Source: Haliotis rubra
Lineage: Eukaryota
Direction: 5' to 3'
NCBI RefSeq assembly: GCF_003918875.1
Contig: NW_025767056.1
Location: forward strand, 62,001 to 126,000
Length of the DNA stretch: 64,000 nucleotides
Part shown: piece by piece, positions 24,609 through 38,455 of the stretch
Numbering within the stretch: the stretch's first letter is position 1
How the letters are laid out: each line of letters begins with the position of its first letter
Made by a program: the position numbers and the translations under genes
Notes under the pieces: model-generated
What the model saw: the letters and a program-made list of their open reading frames with translations, nothing else
What the model was told of the DNA's origin: nothing
The model's database searches: none

Positions 24609-26047
24609 ATTTGTGAATAGTGAATGTATACCTTCAAATTGCTATATTTTGAACACAAATGTAGTAATATTGCTTCTGTATTTAGACCTACTGTATATAA
24701 AATTACTGAATTGACATCGTTAAGTTACATGTAATCGGAATCACATGTGTTTTCATGGTAATCATGTTACCCATTTACCTGGCTAAACTGACCATATTTC
24801 TTTAAGGAGACTCGATGTGGTCTGATTTATAGTTTGTGGTTCTTTCATATTGCTCTTTCGCATACGTTACACGTTTCAGTAAAATGTACTGATCAATGCC
24901 TATCAAGTACTTTCATGCAGGTTAAGATCAATACCCAAAGAATGTTTGTCTTTGTCAATAACTGGTGATAGCTGACCAATGGTTGTGTATTATAATCAAC
25001 TGGTAATTCCCATCAATCTATAATTGTTATGATAACTCACTTCTTGATTTTTCTGTAAATAGGCGAGTATTGTTCACAATCACCTGTAGCTAAAGTGACG
25101 ACGTAAATCCAACTGGGGTATTTGCAGGAAGCTGAGGTACCGTAAGTCCCCATAATCCCCAGTGAGGTGGCCTATCTTTGGTTGCTGGTGGCTACAACCC
25201 ATGTCTTTAACAGTTGTAGATAGTACTGTCATGAGATGAATCGTTCAGGACAACTTTGTTGCACACAGAACAAGAAAATCCCTCCGCCATACGCACATTA
25301 TGAAAGAGTTGTTACCTGGTATATAACTGCTCAGCATCACACCTGATATATAACTTTTTACCACATGAAATGTTTTTGACACGTCCTGACATGCGTAAAT
25401 TGCATAAATGGGCTAAATTATACCGGCGTAAATTATTTCATATGATGCGTTCATGGCAGCATTTGAATGGTACATATGTGACTTGTTTTACATGATTACG
25501 GGTGAATGTTATGATGATTAACTGGATGTTGAGATACCATATCAAACAATAGCATGTCTGACCTTGTTAGCAAAGAAATGAATGATCTAATATTATATAT
25601 GTGTTATAGTTACACTATTACACAATACCGTTACAGGGAGTGGAACTGGTATACCAACATATTGAGTGAACACACTTTTGAATATTAAGTTCATAACACT
25701 ATAAACAGTACGTCGTCTTGCTATTTTTCATTCTTTTTAAACTTTCAGTATAATGACGTTTATTCCTAATTCAGAACAAACACTTCTTGAAACTGCAAGC
25801 AAATCTACATGAATTCCATTAACCATAACGTCGCGTGAAAAATATTGCGCAGGACCTATATATCTGCAATTCAAATATTCGTTTGGTTGGTTTGATGTTT
25901 AACGCCGCACTCAACAATATTCCAGCTATATATTGGAACGGACTATAATTATACAAATTTTAGTAAATGGCTTGAGGTCAGAGCATATAATATGTACGAA
26001 ATTTCATCACGGAGAAATGACCGCACTTCAGCATAAACACACGTCAG

Positions 26048-26190
26048 GTGTTGTTCGGAATAGACCGACACGAGTGTTCGGAAAAGCCCGACGTAAGTGT
26101 TCGGAGAACCCGACGAGATTGTTCGGAATAGCCCGACGTCATTGTTCGGAATAGCCCGACGTGACTGTTCGGCAGAGCCGACACGAGTGC
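26048..26190. repeat. Subterminal array of ~6 copies of GTTCGGAATAGCCCGAC-like motifs (21-22-bp period)
   Basis: The core is similar to the pogo TIR core GTTCGGTAATACCCGAC, so these are probably transposase-binding sites. Confidence 0.75.
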
Positions 26191-26589
26191 AAAATCTGAA
26201 AATTAGGTCGTGTCAACTTTGAGCTTGAAACAGGTTAATCGGACAGTATTAACTCGTCTTCACACGTGAATATGATACACATTGAGAGGTTCGTTGTGTG
26301 TATTAATTACTGTTACGTGTGATGAACCACAGTAGGAATTAGGCGGGATCTGGTGTTAGCTGTTCGGTAATACCCGACACCGCTCTACCCCAATTTTTAT
26401 TTCAAAAATATGGTTTATTATGTTTTTATCGCGAAAACAGTTTCTGTTATCTGAGCTTCGACCATTATGCATATTCCGCTGGAACTCAAGTGACCTTTCC
26501 GCTCATGACGTCATATGTGACTAGCGTCCGCCATATTGCCAAAGAACAAGCGCTACGGTAATACAAATCGTGTTATTTCTGTCGTTTTT

Positions 26590-26815
26590 GTAAATGGTAC
26601 GATGATGTATTCCGTTGTCATCGAATCTTCGAACAATGGAAAGAGCCACCATTTCTTCCGTTTTCCAAGTAAAGAGATAGATTTAAGCAGAAGAAATGCT
26701 CCGATCATTCCGAGTTGGACCCATAGGAAAGAGACATGCACATATGGGAAATGAACATCCCAAAGGCAAAGCTAGGCTGAAGAAGGAAGAAGTACCCACG
26801 ATATTCATTTATACG
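26590..26815 (+). pseudogene. THAP zinc-finger domain remnant (second copy ~31190-31420)
   Basis: SNNGKSHHFFRFPSKEIDLSRRNA...ARLKKEEVPTIF, matching the THAP FxFP and AVPTIF motifs. Internally deleted. Confidence 0.7.
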
Positions 26816-26870
26816 CCATCATTCCTTGTTACAACTTACTGATTTATTTTTAACATAAATTAAATCAGTC

Positions 26871-29800
26871 TAAATAGAGATAAGTGATTTATGTTGAAAT
26901 TTCACATAGAAACACGTAAAAACATCCCCGATGATCTGATATAGATACACCGGAACATTTGTAATGCGAATGTACAGACACTGTTCAAGAACACCTGTTT
27001 ATTCCTGGCAGTTATATGATTTACAAGTGAAAATAAGAACTGCCTTTTGAACTAAAACATCAATCAAGTACTGTTAATATTTAATACAACCTCTTTTTTC
27101 ATCAGTAATGACAGTAATTACTTTTCATAAAGTAAGAACACACTTTAAATGCTATGAATGATCAATATTTCATATGTAGATTAAATACAAGTTTATAATT
27201 GAATTTATGCCATTGACATGTATGTCTATTTACTGTCGCAATCTGCCTGTCCATCGTTCTGAATTTATGTCAAGAGTACGAGACTGATGAACCGTCAAGC
27301 CCGCAAAGAAAAGTATCTCCAATCAACTTTTGATCATGCAAGTTTTCTTCCTCGTCAGACAAGGGTTGTTGTCTCTTTCAAAGGCATCAAGAACGAACAG
27401 CATTCCTAAAACCACCATGTTTGGGTACATTGCACAATAAATCTGATGGAACAAAAATGTGGTCACAAAACTCATTTATCGGAAATAGAGGAAAACTGCC
27501 TGGCTGACTGGAGTGCCTGGATATGTCAAGAATCGGAATACGGTTGCAATCTAGAAGAACTTTTGAACAGCTTTGTAGAAAAACATTCTGGATGTGGATA
27601 ATTGTGGAAAATAATCGTTTAAATACAATAAGCCAGGAAAAGGATTGGTTTTTATGGCTTTCTTAAAGCGATATCCCAACATTTTCAACTAGGACACTAC
27701 TTCAATTGGGGGAAGAGCGAGCTATCGTAACCTCCAGAGAAAATTGTCGGCTGGCATCAAAATTTCCCTGATTATGTAAACAATCATGTACAGCATCCTG
27801 TACTGTCATAATTTGACCCTGGGTCTCGGAATATATTACGCAGCAGATGAATCGGGGTTTCCTCTCTGCCCGAATTGTGGGGAAAGTATTATCTGCGAGG
27901 GGTGCACCTATTGCTCCACCAGTTTATCTATCAAGTATTGATGACCCAAATCACTGTCATGGCTTATATGAGTGCCAGTGGGCATTATATTACTTCTATG
28001 TTGGTATTCCCAGGCAAGCGTTTTGCTTGCCAAATGTCTTGGGAGTGTTTTGAGAGGGAGCTGCGATTGCTTTGATCGGACAATGGTTGGATGGACGGGT
28101 GGCCTTTCTTTGATGACTGGTTGAGGGATGTCTTCATTCCTTCCTGTCAAAACGCCAAGGAAGTACAATTTCCTGTCCTGTTGTTTATTTTGGATGGAAC
28201 ATTCAACACACATCACATGGGATAAATCAGAAATTTGCAAAAAGAATGATGTAATTGCTTTACTGTTTGCAAGAACATGCATCTCTGTGCTGATGCAACC
28301 ACTGGACCTTCGCCTATTCCAGTCGCTAGTATGGTGATCTCTACTCAGTTGTTGGCTATGATCTATTTTACCTATTTTTATATTGTGCTGTCTAATATTT
28401 AAAATGTTTTAGATTTGTACTAATAGCGTTTTACATGTATATCTGTGTTATTCTGAAGTTGTTTTACTTGTCACTAAAGTCGGCGGAAGTTTTTGCTCTA
28501 TGCCTATTCTATTTAAATGTCAAATGTTCTCGTCACGATATGGTAAAATCGTACCGATGCTTGAACGTTAAATAACTCACTCCTCCTCCTCATTCCCCAG
28601 TCTCTACATATCCTGGACATCCTACTATTCGTGTAGCAGCCTCTACTGCGTCTGTGCCCACCAGTCATGATTCCACAGAAGTGACACTAAGCACAGGATC
28701 AGTTGTCCGTGTTTGAATCTATTCTCGGGGAGGGACTTGCTGTGAAGCTGTACGAGAAACAGAAAGCTTCGACGTTCCAGACAATATGTTACCAGATATG
28801 GTTGAACTTGAAACAGACCAGCATATCGCCATTCGGGAGATTTCTCAATGTGCCGAGTGTACCGCATGGGAGAAAAGAGACGAGAGGAGGAAGAACGCAG
28901 TCACTGCCAAAAGCGATAACGGGAGATGCCTAAAGGCAGATTTTGCAGGATAGAAAAAGAAGAAGAGATTGAACAGCTAAAGGTGATGAAGAGCATTACA
29001 GAAAGGGAAGAGAAAGAAGGAAGAAAGAGAAGGACCGGGAACAGAAGAAAGAGGTAGGGACGAGAAACGGCGATTAAAGGAAGCTGAGAAAGAAGAAGAA
29101 GAGGCTGAAAGACGCATGCTTGACACAAGCGAGGGGAGGAGGACTTCTCTCTAAATGAAGCTCAACTGATTTCCAGAAATGACCCACGTCGGACAAACCT
29201 CAAAATGTTATAAGTGTGAACTGGCATATGACAACAGGCCTTCAGCTTGGATTTCCTGTGAAAAAATGTGAACCTTTGTTTCATCTCGGCTGCACCGATG
29301 TACCTGTTGATGATCTCACACCTGAAGAAATTATGGACTTTCCGTTTGAATGCCTTTTCTGCTGAATTTGTGAATAGTGAATGTATACCTTCAAATTGCT
29401 ATTTTTTGAACAAAATGTAGTAATATTGCTTCTGTATTTGAACCTACTGTATATAAAATTACTGAATTGACATCGTTAAAGTTACATGCTTAAGTGGAAT
29501 CACATGTGTTTTCATGGTTATCATGTTACCCATTTACCTGGCTAAACTGACCATATTTCTTTTAAGGAGACTCGATGTGGTCTGATTTATAGTTTGTGGT
29601 TCTTTCATATTGCTCTTTCGCATACGTTACACGTTTCAGTAAAATGTACTGATCAATTACCTATGAAAGTACTTTCATGCAGGTTAAGATCAATGCTCAA
29701 AAGAGATATTTGTCTTTGTCAATAACTGGTGATAGCTGACCAATGGTTGGTAACATTATAATCAACTGGTAATTCCACATCAATCCTATAATTTATTTAT

Positions 29801-31485
29801 GATAACTCACTTCTTGATTTTTTCTGTAAATAGGCGAGTATTGTTCCACAATCACCAGTAGCTAAAGTGACGACGTAAAATCCAACTGGGGTATTTGCAG
29901 GAAGCTGAGGTACCGTAAGTCCCCATAATCCCCAGTGGGGGGTGGCTATCTTTGGTTGCTGGTGGCTACAACCCATGTCTTTAACAGTTGTAGATAGTAC
30001 TGTCATGGGATGAATCGTTCAGGACAACTTTGTTTGCACACAGAACAAAGAATCCCTCCGCCATACGCACATTATGAAAAGAGTTGTTTACCTGGTATAT
30101 AACTGCTCAGCATCACACCTGATATATAACTTTTACCACATGAAATGTTTTGACACGTCCATACATGCGTAAATTGCATAAGTGGGCTTAATTATACCGG
30201 GTAAATTATTTCATCATGATGCGTTCATGGCAGTATTTAGATGGGTACATATGTGACTTGTTTTACATGATTACGGGTGAATGTTATGATGATTAACTGG
30301 ATGTTGAGATGCCATATCAAACAATAACATGTATCTGACCTTGTTAGCAAAGGAATGAATGATCTAATATAATTTATGTGTTATAGTTACACTATTACAC
30401 AATACCGTTACAGGGTGTGGAACTGGTATACCAACATATTGAGTGAAGACACACTTTTGAATATTAAGTTCATAACACTACTAAACAGGTACGTCGTCTT
30501 GCTATTTTTCATTCTTTTAAACTTTTCAGTATAATGACGTTTATTCCTAATTCAGAACAAACACTTCTTGAAACTGCAAACAAATCTACATGAATTCCAT
30601 TAACCATAACGTCGCGTGAAAAATATTGCGCAGGACCTATATATCTGCAATTCAAATATTCGTTTGGTTGGTTTGATGTTTCACGCCACTTACTCAACAA
30701 TATTCCAGCTATATATTGGAACCGGACTATAATTATACAAATTTTAGTAAATGGCTTGAGGTCAGAGCATATAATATGTGCAGAAATTTCATCACGGAGA
30801 AATGACCGCTGTATAAACACTTCAGGTGTTGTTCGAATAGACCGAAACAGACGTAAGTGTTCGTTATTCGGAATAGCCAGTGATGCATTGTTCGGAATAA
30901 CCGGGCGTATTAATTACTGAATTACGTGTGATGAAACACGGGTATCGGAATTAGGCGGGATCTGGTGTTAGCTGTTCGTAAAGGTAATACCGATGACTGC
31001 TCTACCCACAATTTTATTTCAAAATATGGTTTATTATGTTTTATCGCGAAAACAGTTTCTGTTATCTGAGCTTCGACCATTATGCATATTCCGCTGGAAC
31101 TCAAAAGTGACCTTTCCATCATGACGTCACATGTAATAGCGTGATATTGCGTCCGCCATATTGCAAATCGTGTTATTTCTGTCGTTTTGTAAATGGTACG
31201 ATGATGTATTCCGTTGATCATCGAATCATCGAACAATGGAAAGAGCCACCATTTCTTCCGTTTTTCCAAGTAAAGAGATAGATTTAGGCAGAAGAAACGC
31301 TCCGATCATTCCGAGTTGGACCCATAAAGAAAGAGACATGCACATATGGGATTAATGAGACATCCCAAAGGCAAAGCTAGGCTGAAGAAGGAAGAAGTAC
31401 CCACGAGGATTCATTTATACGCCATCATTCCATTGTTACAACTTACTGCAAAATTGGATTGTTTTAACATAAATTAAATCAAGTC
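26871..31485 (+). repeat. Tandem duplicate of 22179-26870 (pogo body, right TIR and THAP remnant), indel-riddled
   Basis: The junction restarts at AAATAGAGATAAGTGATTT. Colinear over ~4.6 kb with dense 1-2-bp indels. Confidence 0.92.
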
Positions 31486-31490
31486 CGATT

Positions 31491-31830
31491 GCCAGTCGAA
31501 TTGCCCCGCTACAATTTTTTCCCAGGGGGTAGTCAAAATGACCCAATTTATTCCAAAATGATTAAATATAGGCCATAAATGTGTAGTTTTGTCAACTTTT
31601 GATATTATGTTCTCCATATTAAAAGTATATACATAGTTATGAGTTTACGAATGGAACATTTATCAATATATTACGTCCTAATAGCACATATGAAGAACAC
31701 AATATCCAAAGTTGACTAAAAAACTATGCATATACGGCATATATTTAATCATTTTAAATAATTTGACCGAATTAGAATGAATGATCAAATTTGCTTGGGC
31801 ATTTTGCGAGGCTGGGGTAGTTCGACTGGG
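31491..31830. mobile_element. Palindromic MITE
   Basis: Ends CCAGTCGAATTGCCCC / GGGGTAGTTCGACTGG. Internal arms (AAAATGATTAAATATA...GTCAACTTT vs AAAGTTGAC...TATATTTAATCATTTT) are also inverted. Confidence 0.7.
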
Positions 31831-32017
31831 TACCTATGAATATATATTATCAAAATCGAAGAGATTTCACGCAGACTTTAAAACGTTTCAGCTATAACCC
31901 GTTAGCCATGACTCGGTTTAGACCTAAGTAACCGCTCCCAATCTACCCGAAACATTGCCGAATACAACGGCAAAATCATAAAAGTACTTTGTTTAGCACT
32001 TTTATTGTTTTCTATAA

Positions 32018-32184
32018 GGGCGGTGGGGGTAGCCTAGTAGTTAAAGAAGCGTTAGCTCGTCACGCTTCAGACGCCCGGAGTTCAAATTCCCACATGGGCA
32101 CAGTAGTGTGTTAAAGCCATTTCTGAATTGTCTAGCCAAACGATATTGCTAAAGAAAGCGGCGAAAACTAAAAACTCAGTCAGT
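32018..32184 (+). mobile_element. tRNA-derived SINE, family A (degenerate)
   Basis: A-box GTAGCCTAGTAGTTAAAG, degenerate B-box and the shared tail. Confidence 0.8.
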
Positions 32185-32636
32185 ATTGTTTTTCCATTTT
32201 TGTCGAAGATTACGCACTTTGAAAAGGTATCAGACACGCTATTTTGAGTACTTTAACTATTTACATAAGTCCTTCTAAAAACCGAGTACAGGGAAACAAT
32301 ACATAATTGTCCTGGATTTAGTATTTTATGTTTCACCAGTTTTCGGAGAATAACTGATCTGCGTCGCGAATATTATCTCTGCTCGACCAGGCTGGGGTCT
32401 TGCATGGAGACTTGATACGTTATTATGAGCAACAGGCACCCTATCTGCTCTTTAACTGTCGGGTGTTTCCGTAATAGGCGGAAATACGAGTACGTTTTTT
32501 GTGTTTTTATTGCTATTTTGCAAACTTTTTGTTCAATTTTAATCACGGAATGTGACTTTTAGAATATCCTTTACAATATATCAAAAGTTTTGTTTTCGTT
32601 CGTATTCTCCTTTAACTATAGGATTTCAACTTAAGT

Positions 32637-34389
32637 TTGTCACCAAGTTGGCTGCCGCACAGCGTGTTTTTTTGCCAAGATCCGTCAGATTTAATGATAT
32701 GCCTGACGAGGAACTTATTAAAGAGATACAGATTGAACCAACAACGGTGTATTAGATTTATATTGCAACTTATTGGAGCACAAGTACAGCCATTAACTGG
32801 ACGAAATCATGCTATTTCCGCGACAACAAAACATTCAGTCACTTTCAGGTTCCTGGCAACAGGCAAGTTTCAGTTGTGTAACGGGGATGATCATGGGTTG
32901 AGCCAACCGAGCGTGGGACTTATATTAGAAGCCTTGACCACACCTGCCATGGTGGCACGGTTTATACACTTTCCCAGTCCTGCCGAGTGTTAACGTAACA
33001 AGGTGGAGTTTGAAGCCAACTGTCACCCGGGGGTGAGCGGCGTCATTGACGGCACACACATACAGATACAGGCACCGACTGTAAAAGAGGATGTTTACAT
33101 CAGTCGACATCACTACCACAGCATCAACACACAGGTACTTTCTTCACGGATTCATTTCTAAAGACACACGAGAAACCTCTCAAACTTTTGGATCGTCGAT
33201 TTGGGCGTAACAAATTTGTAAACGGGCCGTGGTTTGTATTTTCAGGTAGTGTTTGATCCCTTCCACCGTATCATTGACATCGTGGCACGATGGACTGGGT
33301 CCACACACGACTCGAGAATCCTGTCCCAGAGTGCCCTCTTCCGGTTGATGGAGGGCAACAACTTGCCAGCTTGGTGTCACCTCCTCGGTGACATCGGTTA
33401 TCCGTCCAGACGTTGGTTGCTTACTTTCCTACGCCCAACAACCAGGCTGTCAGATTAAATACAATCGGTAAGAACTAACCCTAACATGTTGGAGTGATCT
33501 CCCTTGTTACTTTATAAAAAGTTGTATTCAGAATTTGGATCACACATAATACGGAAAACAATACCAAATTAAAGCTTTCCGTTATATGCAAGTATGTATT
33601 CACCAGCTGATCATAATTATTATCACAATCATTTGAATAATAATATAACTTCTATGATATAATTATTTATTTTGATGTAAGAATATTAAATATGCACTGA
33701 TACAAATCAGATTAAGTAACCCTAAAATAATTGTTCTTTCATCTGTTCTCATTTCAACATTTTTTTAGTTTTTGCAATGATAATGACAAAATAAATATCT
33801 GCAGTAAAATTGAATACAAATAAAAGTAAAGTTACAATCCCCCATCATTATGTATTATTATTATTTAAAAAAACAAAAACAAACCCAAACAAACTAATGT
33901 GCACCAAAAGTATTTTGATATATTTTATTAGTTTAAGACAAAATTATTTTCAGAGCACACAAGATCACAAGAAGAAGTTGTGTTGAGCGGGGATTTGGCC
34001 AACTAAAGCGCAGATTGGGGGTCATTCATAGTGAGATCAGATAATCCCCAGAGAGCACTTGCAAGGTAAAATTGAAAAACTAAATGAAAGGGTTACAAAT
34101 ATGCTTTTGAAAAATTACTCAACTCAGTAATATGTTGTAACTTGCTGTACCAAAATTTTCCATGTTCATTGAAATTTTTTGTACAGCGTGTTATTTCATG
34201 TGTTTCATATCATAATGACCTGTGCTGTTCTCCATAAAATGTGCAAGGAGCTGAACATACCAATTCCATCAGATGATGGCAACCTACAGCAACAACAACG
34301 GCACGCAGCCCCAGTACCACCAGTCCTGCTACCACACGGTTTGATGGCAGTGCGTTACAGGAAGAAGTTTGCAAGGACTCATTTTCCAT
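32637..34389 (+). pseudogene. Harbinger (HARBI1-like) DDE transposase, 4 exons, disrupted
   Basis: RFLATGKFQ, PGVSGVIDGTHIQIQAP, HSINTQ|VVFD, ARWTGSTHDSRIL, LLGDIGYP, VERGFGQLKRR, IIMTCAVLH. GT-AG introns 33135-33245 and 33468-33953, and a further intron starting at 34066. Confidence 0.92.
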
Positions 34390-36033
34390 GTAAGTCTGAC
34401 TATATTTGGTTGATTCACTGAAGTGATTATCAACGTATTTTCATCATTTACTAGGACAGATACAAATGATTACTTTGTCAAATCAGCCCAATTCTAATTT
34501 CTTCAACACAAGATAAATAACAGAACAACTGATACATCCTGAAGAATATTTATTATAACAATATAGTAATTATAATGTTGAATAGCATTACAAAGGACAG
34601 GTTCTAAATAACCAACAAATTAACAGAAGAAACATCAGCACTGTTCACACACTACAGCAAAGTCTATAAATCAATGCTTACAGCTATGTAAACATAAATA
34701 TAATTTAACTCTCTTAAACATCAGACTATCAAAATCTCTAACGAGATTATGCAACTTAATTATAAATTAATAGTAGTACCTTAGATGCGGAAAACATTCA
34801 TAAGTTATGACTATGGGATCATATGAAAAATTCTTTCAAAGGGTGAATAAATATCATCCATTGAAAAAACTCTATGGATACTTGCTTCTTTTGCAATATG
34901 TCTTTGAATTCATCTGAAAGATTGATTGTCGGTGGTTCTTTTGCATTAAAAACGAAATACATTTTCTACAGTTAAGTTTGACATGTTTTAATTTTTCTGT
35001 AAATTTCCTGTCACATGGCATCAAGTGTTAATTGAGACAGATTGAGTTCCAGCACTTTAGAGTTAGGCTAATTTTTTCCATGTTTAAACATCAAATTATT
35101 TGATTTTTTTTTTTTAAGACTCAAAGTATACACACGAAATTCAATATGTACATTCTGTAACTATCACTACGATAACAATAGATAAATCTTTAAAATATTT
35201 GAAACATTTGACATAAAAAAGACTCACGTTCACAACTTAGTTTAACCATTTGTCTATGTTGTATTTAAACATACACAAAGAACTTAGGCTCCCCCAACCC
35301 TATATTTGAATTTTTTCTACATAATGTTATCTGGCTTAGGAAAATAAGAAAACAACTGAGATAATGATTCCTTTAATGGTTAGATTTAAAGTCACATCGG
35401 CAATATCCTCAAATGGAATATTTGCATATACTGTCTTTCAAAACTAATTTTGCTGCACTGGTTACAAGTTGCATTTTACTCAAAAATGAAAGTGATGATC
35501 AATGGCCAATATCCATTGAAATTCTTTCTTACAAGTGGGCAGATAACATGTTTGTCAAGTCAGTTTTGACAATATTGAATAAAAACATTAAGAGTTAAGT
35601 TTCAAAAATGGGAAAAATTCAGATGCATTAAAATTTGTTTTGAAAACAGTCAAGTCAGGAATATGCCATAATTTCCTGGTGAGAACATGTGTTTACCCAA
35701 CAATTCAAGTCAAAGAAAAGTTTCTTTTCCCATATTCTGTTATTTTTTTAGTTCTTGTTAATCTGCCAACATTTGCTCTGAAAATTGAGCAAGTGACATC
35801 CACCTTTGATAGATACACATAAATAGAAGGACCAAATTTACTTATGTCAATAAACAGTACTACTCCTGCATTTTTAAATAAACATAAAAAGACACAAAAT
35901 TCTATTTTATAGCAATATAAAACACACATACAAACAAATCATAACTTTAATACATGGTGCTTAATTAAGAATTTTGTGTATATTTTCAACTAGTAATACA
36001 GAAATATACTGATATTGACAAGTTGATACAGCT

Positions 36034-37671
36034 TAGGGCTGGGACGGGTACTCGAATCCCCGTCGGGTACAGCTGGAATCGAGTCCTATTTCAAGGAATC
36101 GAGTACCCGGAAAGGGAGAGAACTCTGTAATGACAAGGGCAGGTAACTCTAATCTAGAGCCATGTGGACGATACGCATGCTAAGTTGAGTGTTGGGCACA
36201 TTTTGAGCTTGATGCAAATGACAAGAGAACCAAATGCCGACTCTGTGGTACAATGCCAATCCACTGCGGAAGCAGTACAAGTTAAATGCACAAACATCTT
36301 GCACTAAAACACAACCTAAAAAATAAACGTGTTCATTACATTGTGTAACTGTGTTCATTGCTTATCAAGTTTTTATTAAAAGCTTTTAAGATTACATTGA
36401 AATTTTGTCTTTAGTTTCTATTTTATTTCAATTTCAGGCAACACAGCTTGTACATTTACGTTTAACATGAATACATTGACTATTAAAGAGATTGCAATTA
36501 AGTGATTGTATGAGTTGGCAATATCACATAAAACTAATGAATTAACATATTAAAACGAACGTATACTCGTATTGAAAGAGCACATTCTGATTTGCAAATA
36601 CAATGTTCGACTGGTTATCAATACAATAAGAAGAAAGATGATCAGAAATAGAAGCACAACTCACGTAACTCACATATAATACCATTGCAGTTACTGTACA
36701 TTGTATAGTTTAACAAATAATAACAAGCATACAGTTATCCCAATGAAGATACACAATGTTCGAGATACAATATTAGAACATTGATTTAATAATAGTTGTT
36801 GTTTTTTATTTAAACGTGATAATATAGCATTTAGATACATTTCTTTATCCCTACATTCAAACAAAAGCATCTCAATGCGACATTTATCTTCTAGAAGGAT
36901 AAAAATTAAATCACTATAAAAATTTCATATACGGCCAATGAGTTATTCACGGCTCTGTATTAGTCTGTACTCTGTAATGTATGATAGACAAACTGTCATG
37001 CAACTGAGTTCCGCAACAGAGCAAAATGACCAGTCTTCTCAGATACGAGCCAAGCATTTTGCTATATTGCTTAACTCAGTTGCATTAAGGTTTGCCTGTC
37101 TGTATATCTCGTATAAAATTCTCCAGTCAGTAAATACATCAATCCAATTTTATTCTATGCAAGTTTACATAAAGTCTGCATGTAACACTTTATAGGTTCA
37201 GTTAGAATATCACACATGAACGTAGTTGTCTACTAGCGGAATGAATAACTGGTCTTTTTCATTATTAACGTAACACACATTTTTTGTATTGTCCGAGTGA
37301 TGGAGGTTATTATTATCGACGGTAATTTGTCTGCGCATGAGCAGTGAGTAGTCAAGTCACAGTAACAGCGGGAATGAAAAGTTCTGTGTTTTAACAAATG
37401 TTCTGTGTTTTAAGAAATGTTCTGTGTTTTAAGTAGCAATGTAAGTAATGGTGTTACTCTGTATATTAGTTATAAACAGACGTAAGCAAATAGCCTCAGA
37501 TCAGTTTCAATGTCTCATTGCATCCTCTCAGGTTTTCTATAATAATATCTGTCAAATCGTGATTGAATATTCAAAAGCTATGTATTCCTAACATTTCCGG
37601 GTACTTGATTCCGATTCGGGTAAATACATCCGGGTACTCGATTCCATTTGTTCCTACCCATCCCAGCCCTA
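36034..37671. mobile_element. Non-autonomous hAT element with 8-bp TSD
   Basis: TIR TAGGGCTGGGACGGGTA / TACCCATCCCAGCCCTA (1 mismatch). Perfect TSD ATACAGCT at 36026-36033 and 37672-37679. Subterminal GGGTACTCGA/GAATCGAGT motifs. Confidence 0.92.
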
Positions 37672-37677
37672 ATACAG

Positions 37678-38455
37678 CTATTCTTCTAATTTCCTTATTT
37701 TTGATTGAAGATAAGTTTTCTGTAATTTCACTTCAATCTCATGCAAAAACTTCTCTCTTCCTAGGACTACTGAGGAAGTTGCTGATGTGGACGCTGATGC
37801 TGATGGTAATGCCGATGATGATGACTGTCCAATCTGCGATTTAGGATAAGGACATCTCACTCCCTCTTGAACTAGATATAAACAGTGCCATGACGTCACG
37901 TTTCTTCTGTGACGATGCGTTCTACATGCGGTGACGGCGGGTAGCCAGCCTATGTTTGAAAGTAGATTTGGTTTATTTTCCTCAATTTGACGACTTCAGT
38001 AATCAACAGAATATTATATTCATGCCTATATCATACTATGTTTACCACACTCGTGCCTAAATGTCGGTATATCCCTCGGGAAATACCAACATTTAGGCAC
38101 TCGTGTCGTAAACATAGTATGACATGGGCACTCATATAATATCCTCTATTTACTTATAAATTGCTGTTTTCTGTTTTCTTTTATTATTTCATCTCTTCAC
38201 AGATTTCCAGACAAATAGAGAAGCAAGGTTTTATCTAATTTCAACTTTAATTTTAGGAATTCACATGGTCACGGGAACTCATAAAATAGTTTCAATATGT
38301 TATTACCTACTTTTCAAAGGATTGATCTAGCTCTAGGAGCTGTATGAATCCATGGACATCGGCCCAATTCCTGACAGCACTGAATTCTCCCGGCCTATAC
38401 AGTCCACCACGGCTTCTGTAACTGGGTTTATTGGCGTTGGGAGAGGTCCGCCGCC
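37678..38455 (-). pseudogene. Harbinger Myb/SANT partner gene, downstream exons (convergent to the transposase)
   Basis: Exon after TTTCAG reads GGGPLPTPINPVTEAVVDCIGRENSVLSGI, the (T)GGGP motif typical of Harbinger DNA-binding proteins. Coiled-coil-like tail EKFLHEIEVKLQKTYLQSKIRKLEE. Confidence 0.6.
38008..38150. mobile_element. Short palindromic element, Crypton-type non-autonomous
   Basis: Arms TCATACTATGTTTAC..CACTCGTGCCTAAATGT / ACATTTAGGCACTCGTG..GTAAACATAGTATGA. No TSD. Confidence 0.55.

Larger units (their letters stand above)
20679..26388 (+). mobile_element. pogo-family (Tc1/mariner superfamily) transposon with 28-bp TIRs
   Basis: GTAGAGCGGTGTTGGGTATTACCGAACA (20679-20706) matches the reverse complement of 26361-26388 with 1 mismatch. 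Transposase lies inside. Terminal bases and TA TSD are eroded. Confidence 0.8.
20619..32611. mobile_element. Kolobok-like element (TTAA TSD, AGG termini) hosting the pogo insertion and a THAP remnant
   Basis: TTAA|AGGAGAATAC at 20615-20628 and GTATTCTCCT|TTAA at 32602-32615. Internal THAP-domain remnant. Length is inflated by nested insertions and the tandem duplication. Confidence 0.6.

Noticed and set aside
26048-26190. CRISPR-like repeat array
   Set aside because: Spacers are only 4-6 bp, there are no cas genes, the context is eukaryotic, and the motif equals the pogo TIR core.
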